47,562 nucleotides of DNA, taken from positions 13,632 to 61,193 of the forward strand of contig CAYNIG010000001.1 in the NCBI GenBank assembly GCA_964396995.1, in the 5' to 3' direction. Below, one piece after another: positions 9,851-18,880 of the stretch. A program made the translations under genes and the position numbers. Each line of letters starts with the position of its first letter. Within the stretch, counting starts at the first letter, position 1. Under the pieces are notes generated by a model, which worked only from the letters and a program-made list of their open reading frames with translations, did no database searches and was not told where the DNA came from. Origin of the DNA: an uncultured Saprospiraceae bacterium. Its GTDB lineage: Bacteria > Bacteroidota > Bacteroidia > Chitinophagales > Saprospiraceae.

Positions 9851-9865
9851 AGCATAGTCTATGCT
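9851..9865. promoter_or_regulatory. perfect 7-1-7 dyad (agcatag t ctatgct), candidate MerR-family operator
   Basis: Palindrome read directly. It lies in the 123-bp divergent intergenic region between the membrane-protein/esterase operon and the MerR gene. Confidence 0.45.
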
Positions 9866-9887
9866 TTTAATTTATTTTTATATTCCC

Positions 9888-9895
9888 TATATTTG
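9888..9895 (+). promoter_or_regulatory. -7 box TAtaTTTG for the MerR-family gene
   Basis: tatatttg is an exact match to TAnnTTTG, 17 nt upstream of the ATG at 9913. Confidence 0.4.
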
Positions 9896-9912
9896 CGCCA
9901 AATTTTAATCTT

Positions 9913-10275
9913 ATGCTAATAAATGAACTGTCAAAACGAACAGGTATTACTCATCATACGATTCGTTTTTATGAAAAATCGGGGCTAATCAAAGGTAAAC
10001 GGCTTGAAAGTGTCAAGTCGAACAATTATTTTCATTATGATGAAGAAACAGTAGAAAAACTAAACCTAATAAAAGGTGCTAAATCTATTGGTTTTACAAT
10101 TAGTGAGATTAGTAACCTAATTGATGCATGGTATGATAAGAAATTGTCAACGAAAGAGAAATTATCTGTCTGTGATGAAAAATTATTGTCAATCGAAAAT
10201 AAAATCAAAGAGTTGAAACAAATGCAAAAATTGCTAAATCAATTGAAGAAAAATATTATTTCGTCAAAGTGTTAA
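9913..10275 (+). CDS. MerR-family transcriptional regulator
   Basis: N-terminal HTH (INELSKRTGITHHTIRFYEKSGLI) followed by a coiled-coil dimerisation helix. 120 aa. Confidence 0.85.
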   Translation: MLINELSKRTGITHHTIRFYEKSGLIKGKRLESVKSNNYFHYDEETVEKLNLIKGAKSIGFTISEISNLIDAWYDKKLSTKEKLSVCDEKLLSIENKIKELKQMQKLLNQLKKNIISSKC

Positions 10276-10328
10276 TAGTCTGTCTGTTGAGTGTCGGTCT
10301 ATAATGGCAGGTAACTTCCAGATTGAAG

Positions 10329-10351
10329 AAGAAATTGAAAATCAATTTCTT
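10329..10351 (+). terminator. 10-bp stem, 3-nt loop hairpin after the MerR gene
   Basis: aagaaattga aaa tcaatttctt, read directly. No U-tract. Confidence 0.3.
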
Positions 10352-10576
10352 GTGTGGGTTGTCTCTGACGGAGTCTGATAGGCTTGCCGCTCATCAGAGT
10401 CGTCAGATGGTTAATAAGAAAATTCTACTGAACCATCTCGGATTAATTTTAAAAAGCATTCATCCACAGCAGGTGTATGGCTTAGAATCTTGCTGAAAAA
10501 TCACCACCGGAAATCTTTGGTATAGCCAAACCTCCCAAATCTGGACTGCTTCACTGGCTTTCACTTCAGACATATT

Positions 10577-13009
10577 TTATTGAGTTCGTAATGCCGTTAC
10601 AGGATTAATCAGGGTAGCACGCCAGGCAGGAAGTAAAGCCGCCAGCATGGCAGATAAAGTCAGAAACAATGGAACGAGCACGTACGTAGTGATGTCCAGG
10701 ATCCGAACTCCAAAGAGAATGCTTTCCAGACTTCGGGTGAGGATAAAAGAAAAACTGATCCCAATTACAATTCCCCAAAAGGAAAGCTGGGCTACCTGCT
10801 TTAATATCATTTGAAATATCCCTGCTTTATTCGCTCCCACTACTCGCCTTACCCCCAGCTCTTTTGTACGCTGGCTTACCATATAGCTCATTACACTAAA
10901 AATACCGACACCGGATAACATCATGGTAAGAAATGCAAGCAAAGAAAAAACGATGCCAGATATTCTGCTTTGCCACAGTTTTCGGTCAATGCGGTCTTCC
11001 ATACTCATAAAGTCGAAAGTAGACTGGTCACCATCCACTGCCAGGATAGCCCGCCGGGCGGGTTCAACAAACTGCATGGCTGTCTGGGTAGTCTGAACTA
11101 TAAAATATTGATTGCTGTACGGAGATTGCAGAGCCGACACGTATATATCATATCCTGCAGAACTCGTCAGATGATCATGTTTAACATCTTTCACCACTCC
11201 AACCACCGTCCGGTAAGAAGACTTGCTATCTAAAGTACCGCTTTTGATTCGTCTTCCTAAAGGATTTGTAGAGCCAAATAATTTTGTTGCGAGGCTCTGA
11301 CTGATAATGGCCACCTGTGTGCTGGTGCTATCTTTATCAAATTCTGAAAATAATCTACCGGAAACTCGCGGGATTTTTAGTAGTGTAAAATAGTTTGAGC
11401 TTACAAACTGATAGTTCACGTATGGATTGCCAGCTTGTTCTTCCACTGACTGGCCTTCTAACGTGATGGCATCTTTAGTTTCGGAAATAGCAGCATTATC
11501 AGCTGCTGAAAGGGGAGGGTTGCTGTTGAGGGCTACCCCTTCTATGCCAGGAATGGCAGCAAGCCTGGCTAATGCCGTCTGGTAGAATACGTTTACTTTA
11601 GCCGGTTGTCCTCCATAGCTTCGCCAGGGCAGCGATACCCGAAAAGTGAGTTTTTTCCCGGGATCAAAGCCTAAGTCTACTTTCTGAAGGGCTAAAAAAC
11701 TCTTCACCATTAAAGAAGCAGCTATTATAAGAACTACACCCAAGGCCATCTGGGCTACAACAAACGCTTTGCGTAAACGATGGCGGTGCTTGCCCCCTGA
11801 AGATCCTTTTGCCTCTTTGAGCACCTTCACAATATTAATAGCTGTCACTTTTAATGCAGGCATTAAACCTGCAAGAATCCCGGTAATCACCGAAAGCAAA
11901 AGGGCAAACAGCAGGGCGGTGGTATGAATGTTGATGTGCACCCAATGGGGCATATCCCCTTGCAAATAATCCTTGAGGGCATATAAGCACAGGGTAGCCA
12001 ACCCGACACCCAGAATTCCTCCCATCAGCGAGAGGCTAACACTTTCTATAAGAAACTGACGGATCAAACTCCTGCGGCCGGCGCCCAGAATACTTCTTAC
12101 ACCCACCTCTTTATCCCGGCCAGCGGCATGGCTCAGCAGCAGGTTGGCAACATTCACACAGGCGATCAAAAGGAGAAAAAACACCGCACCGGAAAGGGCG
12201 TATAAGTAGGGTCGGATATTTCCAAGGTATAGATCACTTAGAGGTGTCAGACTCAATTGCAAGCCCATATTGGTGTTTGGATATTGAGAGGAAAGCATCA
12301 ATCCCACTCTTTCCACCTCTCGTCTCGCTTGCGTTAGATTCACCCCTTGTCTGAGCCGTCCAAGACCTTTATAGGCTTTTGCTCCCCTGTCAGTCACATA
12401 AGAATCAGAGATCACCGCAGAACGGAAAAGATCACAAGCAAAAGGAAATGTAACTCCCTGTGGTAGTATACCAAACACCTGATAGCCATTGTAGGCATCC
12501 AGAGTAATGGATTGTCCAAGGATAGAAGGATCTTTGTCATATTTTCGTTCCCATAATTCATGGGTAAGCACAATACCAAAGCTGCGCCTGGTATCAAAGG
12601 CTGTTGGCCAGGGTTCGCCCAAAGCAAAATCGGATCCTAGTACTGTAAATAAGTTGCTGGTGCATAAAGTGGCGGGCAGTTCTTCGGGATCTCCCTGTCC
12701 GCTCATGTTATATTGAGCCCCCGGCACATAAGCAGCAATGTCTTCAAAAATGGTGGTGGTTTCCAGCAAATCCCGAATTTCCCGGAGGGATATACCCCCT
12801 TCTTCACCTCCGCGAATTGATTCAAGTATAACCAGCTTTCCGGCATCTTTGTAAGGTAAAGGACGCAACAGTAAAGCGTGTACGAAACTAAATATAGCTG
12901 TACTGCAACCAATGCCTAAAGCTAAAGTCAGTACAATTACTAAAGTGAATAAAGGTTTCTTCCGGAATTGCCGGAAAGCTTGCCTGATGTCGTAGCGAAG
13001 TTGCTCCAT
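10577..13009 (-). CDS. ADOP-type duplicated FtsX/MacB-like ABC transporter permease
   Basis: 810 aa. N-terminus MEQLRYDIRQAFRQFRKKPLFTLVIVLTLALGIGCSTAIFS is typical of ADOP permeases. Two FtsX-like 4-TM blocks are each preceded by a large periplasmic domain. There is no adjacent ATPase. Confidence 0.85.
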   Translation of the reverse strand: MEQLRYDIRQAFRQFRKKPLFTLVIVLTLALGIGCSTAIFSFVHALLLRPLPYKDAGKLVILESIRGGEEGGISLREIRDLLETTTIFEDIAAYVPGAQYNMSGQGDPEELPATLCTSNLFTVLGSDFALGEPWPTAFDTRRSFGIVLTHELWERKYDKDPSILGQSITLDAYNGYQVFGILPQGVTFPFACDLFRSAVISDSYVTDRGAKAYKGLGRLRQGVNLTQARREVERVGLMLSSQYPNTNMGLQLSLTPLSDLYLGNIRPYLYALSGAVFFLLLIACVNVANLLLSHAAGRDKEVGVRSILGAGRRSLIRQFLIESVSLSLMGGILGVGLATLCLYALKDYLQGDMPHWVHINIHTTALLFALLLSVITGILAGLMPALKVTAINIVKVLKEAKGSSGGKHRHRLRKAFVVAQMALGVVLIIAASLMVKSFLALQKVDLGFDPGKKLTFRVSLPWRSYGGQPAKVNVFYQTALARLAAIPGIEGVALNSNPPLSAADNAAISETKDAITLEGQSVEEQAGNPYVNYQFVSSNYFTLLKIPRVSGRLFSEFDKDSTSTQVAIISQSLATKLFGSTNPLGRRIKSGTLDSKSSYRTVVGVVKDVKHDHLTSSAGYDIYVSALQSPYSNQYFIVQTTQTAMQFVEPARRAILAVDGDQSTFDFMSMEDRIDRKLWQSRISGIVFSLLAFLTMMLSGVGIFSVMSYMVSQRTKELGVRRVVGANKAGIFQMILKQVAQLSFWGIVIGISFSFILTRSLESILFGVRILDITTYVLVPLFLTLSAMLAALLPAWRATLINPVTALRTQ

Positions 13010-13033
13010 GTCGATAAAAATTTCAGTTATATT

Positions 13034-13257
13034 TTAACACGAACTTTGAAAAATCTCCTTTTCCTGTAAGACCATTTTATTTCTTAAGGTTATTGTTATG
13101 GTGTTTTCATTTTTTACCAGTAGCGCATAATGGTTAACTTCACTCATATCATTTACATTCTTGGTCACACTCAAGCTTAGTTTGTACATGATTGAGGAAG
13201 GTGGTTTTACCTGTTCCAAGAAAACTATCCAATACAGTAAATGGTAGTTTATTCATT
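13034..13257 (-). pseudogene. remnant of a G3E/CobW-family P-loop GTPase (first ~30 codons readable, then frame loss and truncation)
   Basis: Hand translation from ATG 13255-13257 gives MNKLPFTVLDSFLGTGKTTFLNHVQTKLECDQECK*. FLGTGKTTFLNH matches the G3E Walker-A/LLNHIL signature. Only about 75 codons of space remain before the next gene, versus more than 300 aa for intact family members. Confidence 0.5.
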
Positions 13258-13308
13258 TTTCTCAATTTTTAAATTTATAATTCTGAAACACAATTTCATA
13301 TCAACTTT

Positions 13309-14763
13309 TTAAAGCATTTCTTTCAGTTGCCGGTTAGCTATTTTCATCAACCCGGTGCCCAGTATCATCATAAAGACGAAATAAGCCACTATTGAAAATG
13401 GGAGATTATTGCGGAAATAAGTAAACTCCGGCAAGCTCTTATATTCATTCTGTGAAAAAGAATTTCCGTGGAACAGTTTTCCGAAAAAGGTGCGTTGCAG
13501 CCCTTTATGAAGAGCTTCTGTTTCATTTGTAAAATGATGGAAAGCTGCTGCATCGTTATCAGCAAGTGCGGTAAGATAACCATCCGTACTGGCAGCCGGA
13601 TTGATCAGGGTGCTCCAATTAGTAACCTGCTGCCTTTTCTCTACCTGGTGAAAGTATTGCTGCACAACGGGCCATCGCTCTTTATGCAGCAGCAAATGCC
13701 AGGCATGATAAACACGCAGGTAAAAGGCCGGTGAGGATGTGCCGGTATCGGCATTCCTATAAACTTCCTCTTCCTTTGCCAACTGTTTAATAAAACCTGC
13801 AGCAAACAAATTATCGCTATCGATCCTTGGATCTTGAGGTCGACGGGAAAATGAACTGACGGTTGTATTGTCAACCGGTACGGTGGCTGCCGCCAGTTTA
13901 CTGATAACTACCGGTAACACAAAGCATACTGCAATCCAGGCTACTCCACTGACCAGAGCATTGTATGCTGTCGGGCGGCGCAAGGTGTTGATAAAATAAA
14001 ACATCGAAAGCCAGAAACAGAGATAAACTGCAGCTGACAGAAAAAACAAGCCATCGCTCCATACAAAACCATGACCGAAGGTAGCCAGATTAATCACCAA
14101 ACCTGCAATTGCAATGACTAAAAGTAGTGCAGTGGCCAGAAGGGCAACAGCAATAAGCTTAGTTTCCAACCATGCTTTTTCACTTATGCCTTGGGCGGCT
14201 ATCAATCGCCAGTTGCCATTGTCCCTTTCCCCGGACAAAGCATTGAACAAAAGCAATAATATCATAAGGGGGAGCAGGTAAACAATCCAAAAGCTGATAT
14301 CAAAATGGCCGGAGAGTGACCGCAACGGATTAGCAATTTCTGTTTGTTTCAACCATTGCATTTCAAAGTTCTCCGCAGCAAACAAATAATAATAAGGGAA
14401 AACATCACCCTGGCCAATATTAAAAATAGCTGTGGAAACCGGCAGTTTGAAAGAGGGCAGACGGGAGTTCCATAATCCCGGATTCAACCGGCTGCTCCTG
14501 CTATAGGCAGCTTTACCTTCTGCTGTAGTGGTGTCAGCGGAAATACCGGCTTTCATGGCATTCAATAAGCTATCGCTATGTTGACGAAAAGCACTGATGG
14601 TAACCGTTTTAGCCTTTTTATCGACATAGCCTTGGTACAAGGCGTACAATCCTGTGCAAAGAAAGAAGAGAAAAACAATCCAATTGCTTTTTCGTTTTCC
14701 AAATTGCTGCAGTTGTAAGCCGGTTAGTTGTTTAAATAATATATTTTGCTGATGCTTTTCCAT
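13309..14763 (-). CDS. ABC-2/DUF3526-type transporter permease (second of a pair)
   Basis: Multi-TM protein. The start at ATG 14761-14763 overlaps the upstream stop as TAATG. The large extracytoplasmic loop plus 6 TM layout is like DUF3526 permeases. Confidence 0.65.
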   Translation of the reverse strand: MEKHQQNILFKQLTGLQLQQFGKRKSNWIVFLFFLCTGLYALYQGYVDKKAKTVTISAFRQHSDSLLNAMKAGISADTTTAEGKAAYSRSSRLNPGLWNSRLPSFKLPVSTAIFNIGQGDVFPYYYLFAAENFEMQWLKQTEIANPLRSLSGHFDISFWIVYLLPLMILLLLFNALSGERDNGNWRLIAAQGISEKAWLETKLIAVALLATALLLVIAIAGLVINLATFGHGFVWSDGLFFLSAAVYLCFWLSMFYFINTLRRPTAYNALVSGVAWIAVCFVLPVVISKLAAATVPVDNTTVSSFSRRPQDPRIDSDNLFAAGFIKQLAKEEEVYRNADTGTSSPAFYLRVYHAWHLLLHKERWPVVQQYFHQVEKRQQVTNWSTLINPAASTDGYLTALADNDAAAFHHFTNETEALHKGLQRTFFGKLFHGNSFSQNEYKSLPEFTYFRNNLPFSIVAYFVFMMILGTGLMKIANRQLKEML

Positions 14764-16202
14764 TACCTGTAAAAATTTTTCCGACTGATAAAGAATAAAC
14801 CTAAAATGGCAATAAGGGCCCAAAGCAATAGACCTATTCCTTCTGTTTTTACAAACCCCAAACGCCAGCGTAATGCCTGCGTAGGTGCTTCAAAGGCTTG
14901 TATGTCGTGGTATAAACTGTTCTTTACTTTGTAGTCTTTCCAACTTTCAGCACCCCATTTTGAGTTTTGCATCATATCCTCATTAAGGGTCTGCACAAAT
15001 CTTCGACGGTAGGCTTCCGCATCCTGTTGAAAACGAATTTCGGTTTCGAGAGAAGCGTTGCTGGCTGCCATGCTCAGTGAACGCAACAGCATGGGCGGGC
15101 TTACCAGTGAGAACAATGATTGCATTTTCCTTTGATTTTCCAAAGTGTTGTAAATAGTTTTGAAATGCATGTCATATACATTGCTGCTATATTCTTCTGC
15201 ACGCTGCATCACATAACCTTCAAAATTGAATTTTAAGTCTTGAACACTTTCAACGCCTTCGGCTTTCAACACCGAATCCTCAATACGCCTTGCCCGATCG
15301 CTGGCAACATCATGCCCGTTTAATCCGTTGGCAATATCTTCAGCCACTTTCTTTTTGAATTCATAATTGGTAGTGAGCGGATAAGCGTTTTCGCCGGCAC
15401 TGGCAGCCCATTTGGGCAGAATGACACTGCTGATTATCCAGAACAACAGCAGAAGCGAAACCGATACGCCGGATGTATTTGCCAATGCTGAAACCATTGC
15501 ACCTATACTGCACCAGATGATGTAGTACAGTAGATAGCTCAGCCACAAATATAGAAAAGCACCAACCGGCAGTCGCGATGAAAAAATAATGCCTCCTGCG
15601 GCTGCTGTCAGCAATAAATAAGCGGTGATGAAAGCGGCAAATAAGATGGTTGCCGCTGCTGTTTTGGCAAAAATGATTTGCCGCCCCGTAGCACCCTGAG
15701 CAAGATACAATGCATAAGTGCCGTTGAGTTTATCGGAAACCACCAGATTGAATGTTAGCAGAATGATTAAAAGTGGCACAATGAACTGGCATACGAAGGA
15801 AGGCGTGAACGTACCAAACCGGGCACCCGTATCTTTCTCCCCGCTTTCATTTAACAGGAAATCATTTTGCCGGTGCGGTTCCAGGTAAACAGATGTGCCG
15901 GTATAGGCTGTAAGGCCCGGATCGAACAGTGTCAGTACTGACGGTTGCTTGTAGACATAATTACCAAAATGTGCTGCTATATGCGGATGTTTCTCACCTT
16001 GCTGCAGCCATGCCATGCGTGAAGCTTCCTGCGCCGCTTTCCTATGTAAAAGTTTTTTGTGAGTATCGCCAAGCTGTAAAAAAAGAGCCAAAGCGCTCAA
16101 CACTGCCAGCGTGGCAAAAAGCCAGACCGTGCGCCGGTCCCGCCGCCACATCCGCCATTCGTTTAATATAATTTGTTTTACCATAAAAAAAAGTAGCAAC
16201 AT
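14763..16202 (-). CDS. ABC-2/DUF3526-type transporter permease (first of a pair)
   Basis: N-terminus ...IILNEWRMWRRDRRTVW, TM bundle and long C-terminal loop. Translationally coupled to the downstream permease. The start could be M7 (16184). Confidence 0.65.
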   Translation of the reverse strand: MLLLFFMVKQIILNEWRMWRRDRRTVWLFATLAVLSALALFLQLGDTHKKLLHRKAAQEASRMAWLQQGEKHPHIAAHFGNYVYKQPSVLTLFDPGLTAYTGTSVYLEPHRQNDFLLNESGEKDTGARFGTFTPSFVCQFIVPLLIILLTFNLVVSDKLNGTYALYLAQGATGRQIIFAKTAAATILFAAFITAYLLLTAAAGGIIFSSRLPVGAFLYLWLSYLLYYIIWCSIGAMVSALANTSGVSVSLLLLFWIISSVILPKWAASAGENAYPLTTNYEFKKKVAEDIANGLNGHDVASDRARRIEDSVLKAEGVESVQDLKFNFEGYVMQRAEEYSSNVYDMHFKTIYNTLENQRKMQSLFSLVSPPMLLRSLSMAASNASLETEIRFQQDAEAYRRRFVQTLNEDMMQNSKWGAESWKDYKVKNSLYHDIQAFEAPTQALRWRLGFVKTEGIGLLLWALIAILGLFFISRKNFYR

Positions 16203-16282
16203 CCTGTTGCAAGGGAAGCATAATCAGATTTTTTTAAAATAGTCATTTGCAGCAACGGTAGTATTTCATTTGGTGTTGTTAC

Positions 16283-16519
16283 TTAAATTGTTTCCAGATA
16301 CCACTTCTGCAGTTCATTCGCAGAAATTTTTGAAATAGCTAGTGTACAAACCAATTGACCTTGATTCATTATTCCAATATTGGTGCCTACATTAACCGCA
16401 TTGAAAATGTCATGTGTGGCCATAAAAATGGTCTTGCCATCGGAAGCAAAATTGAGGTTGCTTAAGGCAACCATACCATTGTAAAAATTACCAAGCTGTG
16501 AAGCTTGTAATACAGGCAT
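16283..16519 (-). pseudogene. ABC transporter ATP-binding protein with an internal in-frame deletion (Walker A through Walker B missing)
   Basis: The 78-aa product joins a typical ABC N-terminus (PVLQASQLGNFYNGMVALSNLNF) directly to the post-Walker-B/H-loop region (GKTIFMATHDIFNAVNVGTNIGIMNQGQLV). There is no GxxGxGK[ST], LSGGQ or Walker B. Confidence 0.65.
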
Positions 16520-16599
16520 GAGAATATGTTTAAATAAAGGAAAGATGAATTGAAAACATCACTAACTGATAATGTTTATCAGTATGCGAAAGAAGAAAA

Positions 16600-16941
16600 T
16601 CAAGCCGCTGAAGGTGGGCCTCTGTTAGATTGGCCGTTGCCGGGGTTGGCTATTTTTTTGAGTGAACTTAAATCAATAACCCTATTAAAGAAATGGATAG
16701 GGGAAAAATAAACAGTACTAGCATCGTTTAGGGCTATGGAATAGTGGTGAGAACATATTTTGCAATTATCATCAACAGCCTCATTGGATTCTTCCACAAC
16801 TTGTGAATGTTGTTTAGTAACAATATTCTTTTCAAAAGTGCTTTTGTGGTGATGCCAATAAGAAACCGGTGTTGCTGTAAAAGCATACAATGCCAGCAGG
16901 AAGGCAGTTATAATTTTTTTATGCTTTTTTATTAACTTCAA
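16600..16941 (-). CDS. hypothetical membrane-anchored His/Cys-rich protein
   Basis: 113 aa. N-terminal TM (IITAFLLALYAFTATPV), then WHHHK and CKICSHH motifs. First gene of the minus-strand ABC cluster. Confidence 0.45.
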   Translation of the reverse strand: MKLIKKHKKIITAFLLALYAFTATPVSYWHHHKSTFEKNIVTKQHSQVVEESNEAVDDNCKICSHHYSIALNDASTVYFSPIHFFNRVIDLSSLKKIANPGNGQSNRGPPSAA

Positions 16942-17308
16942 TTAATTGCTAATAGGCTTGTAAATATAAGGTTTATTGTAAAAAAATCAAACAGACTGTA
17001 AAATAGGAGATGTCGTTAAATTGATAAGGGAGTTACTGCTGAAATACTATACTATCCCCAATAAAAATTAATTCACTCCAGTCTGCGCCTTACATTACCA
17101 ATATACCCGTTATCTTACCTATATTCTTTTTTTGACGGAATTTGAACTATGTGATTCAAAATGAGAACAGCAAGGCTGGCCCAAAAGCCAAACAGAAATT
17201 GCTCTACTCTTAAATGCAGGAACGACCAAAATGAAACCTTAGTTTAAATTGACTGAGCGATATCAGCCCCAAACCTTTATACACATTGGCTATTTAGATT
17301 AATTTTGA

Positions 17309-17716
17309 TTGTACTTATACATTGCTTCTCCGGTGAAAGACAAACTAATAAACGTACTCTTGACTATTACATCACTTTTTGGTTACCTGGAATGGGGTGG
17401 TGATAATAAAATGTTTCTATACCAGGCAATAGCGGATATTTTCAACAAAATATTTACTGCCCCGGCATCTGTTTTACATCCGTTTATTGTATTACCCCTG
17501 ACCGGTATATTCATATTAATATGTACCCTGTTTCAGAAAATGCCTGGCAGGATTTTGACCTTTTTTGGTATAGGCTGTATCGGTTTGTTGTTGGCTTTTA
17601 TGTGTGTGATCGGGGTAATAAGTCTAAACTACAAAATCATGCTTTCCACCGTGCCGTTTTTGGCGATGGCGACCTATACCATATTCAGGTACAAGAATAA
17701 AATGGTATCTCAGTAA
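17309..17716 (+). CDS. hypothetical integral membrane protein
   Basis: About 4 hydrophobic helices. The start is uncertain: TTG at 17309 in the ORF track, GTG at 17333 is also possible. Confidence 0.45.
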   Translation: MYLYIASPVKDKLINVLLTITSLFGYLEWGGDNKMFLYQAIADIFNKIFTAPASVLHPFIVLPLTGIFILICTLFQKMPGRILTFFGIGCIGLLLAFMCVIGVISLNYKIMLSTVPFLAMATYTIFRYKNKMVSQ

Positions 17717-17723
17717 TTTTCAA

Positions 17724-18068
17724 TTATTCTTTTATCCTCGTAAGTTTTATCTCTCCAAATTGATTCTTTAGCACGATTTCATCCTGGGAAGTAAGTTCAC
17801 CGGTAGACTCCACTGTATTATCATTAAGCGATACTTTGTAAGAAAATTTATTTCCATCCACTTTACCATCATGTATGGGAAGTTCTCCGAAGGAGCTGGA
17901 AATGCTGCCTTTTAGTTCATTACCCGTTACTTCAAATTTGTATTTGAGTTCCATCATTTCACCGTTTTGATTCGGTCTTTTACCCAACCAGGTACCGGAA
18001 ATGCCGGTCTGGCTCAATGCAGAAATAGAAACAAAAAGGAATGTGGTTAAAAAAAAGAATGGCTTCAT
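17724..18068 (-). CDS. small secreted protein, beta-rich (lipocalin-like), unknown function
   Basis: Signal peptide MKPFFFLTTFLFVSISALSQ, then a GTWLG...ELKGSISS...GKVDGNKFSYKV pattern. Confidence 0.55.
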   Translation of the reverse strand: MKPFFFLTTFLFVSISALSQTGISGTWLGKRPNQNGEMMELKYKFEVTGNELKGSISSSFGELPIHDGKVDGNKFSYKVSLNDNTVESTGELTSQDEIVLKNQFGEIKLTRIKE

Positions 18069-18176
18069 AAATCTAAGTTTTTTTTATTTCAGTCAAATAT
18101 AAACAGTATCTCCAAAAGCAAGACCACTCTGTAGCTATTACTACCGGATTTTTGCTATTGACTATCTTTGACTCCT

Positions 18177-18864
18177 ATGCCCGGGTTATTATCTTTATTT
18201 CGAATTGTTTTACTTGCCATTTCAATAGCTAATCTTTCGGCTTTTCTTTTAGCCAGCAAGCACCCAATATCCTTTTCATTTTAGTAGACGATATGCGCTT
18301 TGATGATTATCATCTTGGGGGGCATAATTTTGTCGAGACCCCCAATATAGACCGGCTCGCGAAAGAAGGTGCGCAATTCAGAAATATGTACTACACCCTT
18401 ATGCTCACCAAGCAGGGCGGCTTTTTTAACCGGGTAATATGCGCATCATAATGGAATCATAGATAATACCGCAAAAGATAAGCTCAATCATGAGTTTATG
18501 ACCTTTCCGCGAATCTTGAAAGAAAAAGCCGGGTATCAAACTGCTTTCATCGGCAAATGGCATATGGGTAATGACGATTCAAAACGACCGGGATTTGATT
18601 ACTGGATAGGTATGCCCGGTCAGGGCGAAGCCATTGATCCACTGTTAAATATAAATGGAATACGGCAGCGGGTAAAAGGATATGTAACGGATTTGTTTAC
18701 TGGTTACGCAATTGATTTCCTGGAAAAAAAAGCGGATAAATCCGTTGTTTTATACTTATCGCACAAAGCTTTACACCCCAATGTAATACAACGCGATGAC
18801 GGATCGTTAGTCAATATTGGTGAAGGGGAATTTATTGCAGCCGAAAGACATAAGTCAAAATATC
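18177..18864 (+). pseudogene. decayed 5' fragment of a sulfatase gene (paralogous copy of 26632..27325)
   Basis: Direct alignment to the intact gene. The same tatctttg box sits at the same spacing to the ATG. The signal-peptide region is unalignable and out of frame. There is a 5-nt deletion (atgtactacaccc vs atgttttgtaccacaccc) and a CAG->TAA nonsense change. The last ~360 nt have 3 mismatches. Homology stops abruptly after ...caaaatatc at 18864. Confidence 0.9.
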
Positions 18865-18880
18865 TCCAGTTTATCAATAT

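Noticed and set aside
10300-10576. Small minus-strand ORF (about 37 aa, MSEVKASEAVQIWEV...) and an imperfect long hairpin (tctgacggagtctgat...atcagagtcgtcaga) between the MerR and ADOP permease genes
   Set aside because: The ORF is too short and featureless to support. The hairpin is imperfect, and I could not connect it to a function beyond a possible terminator.
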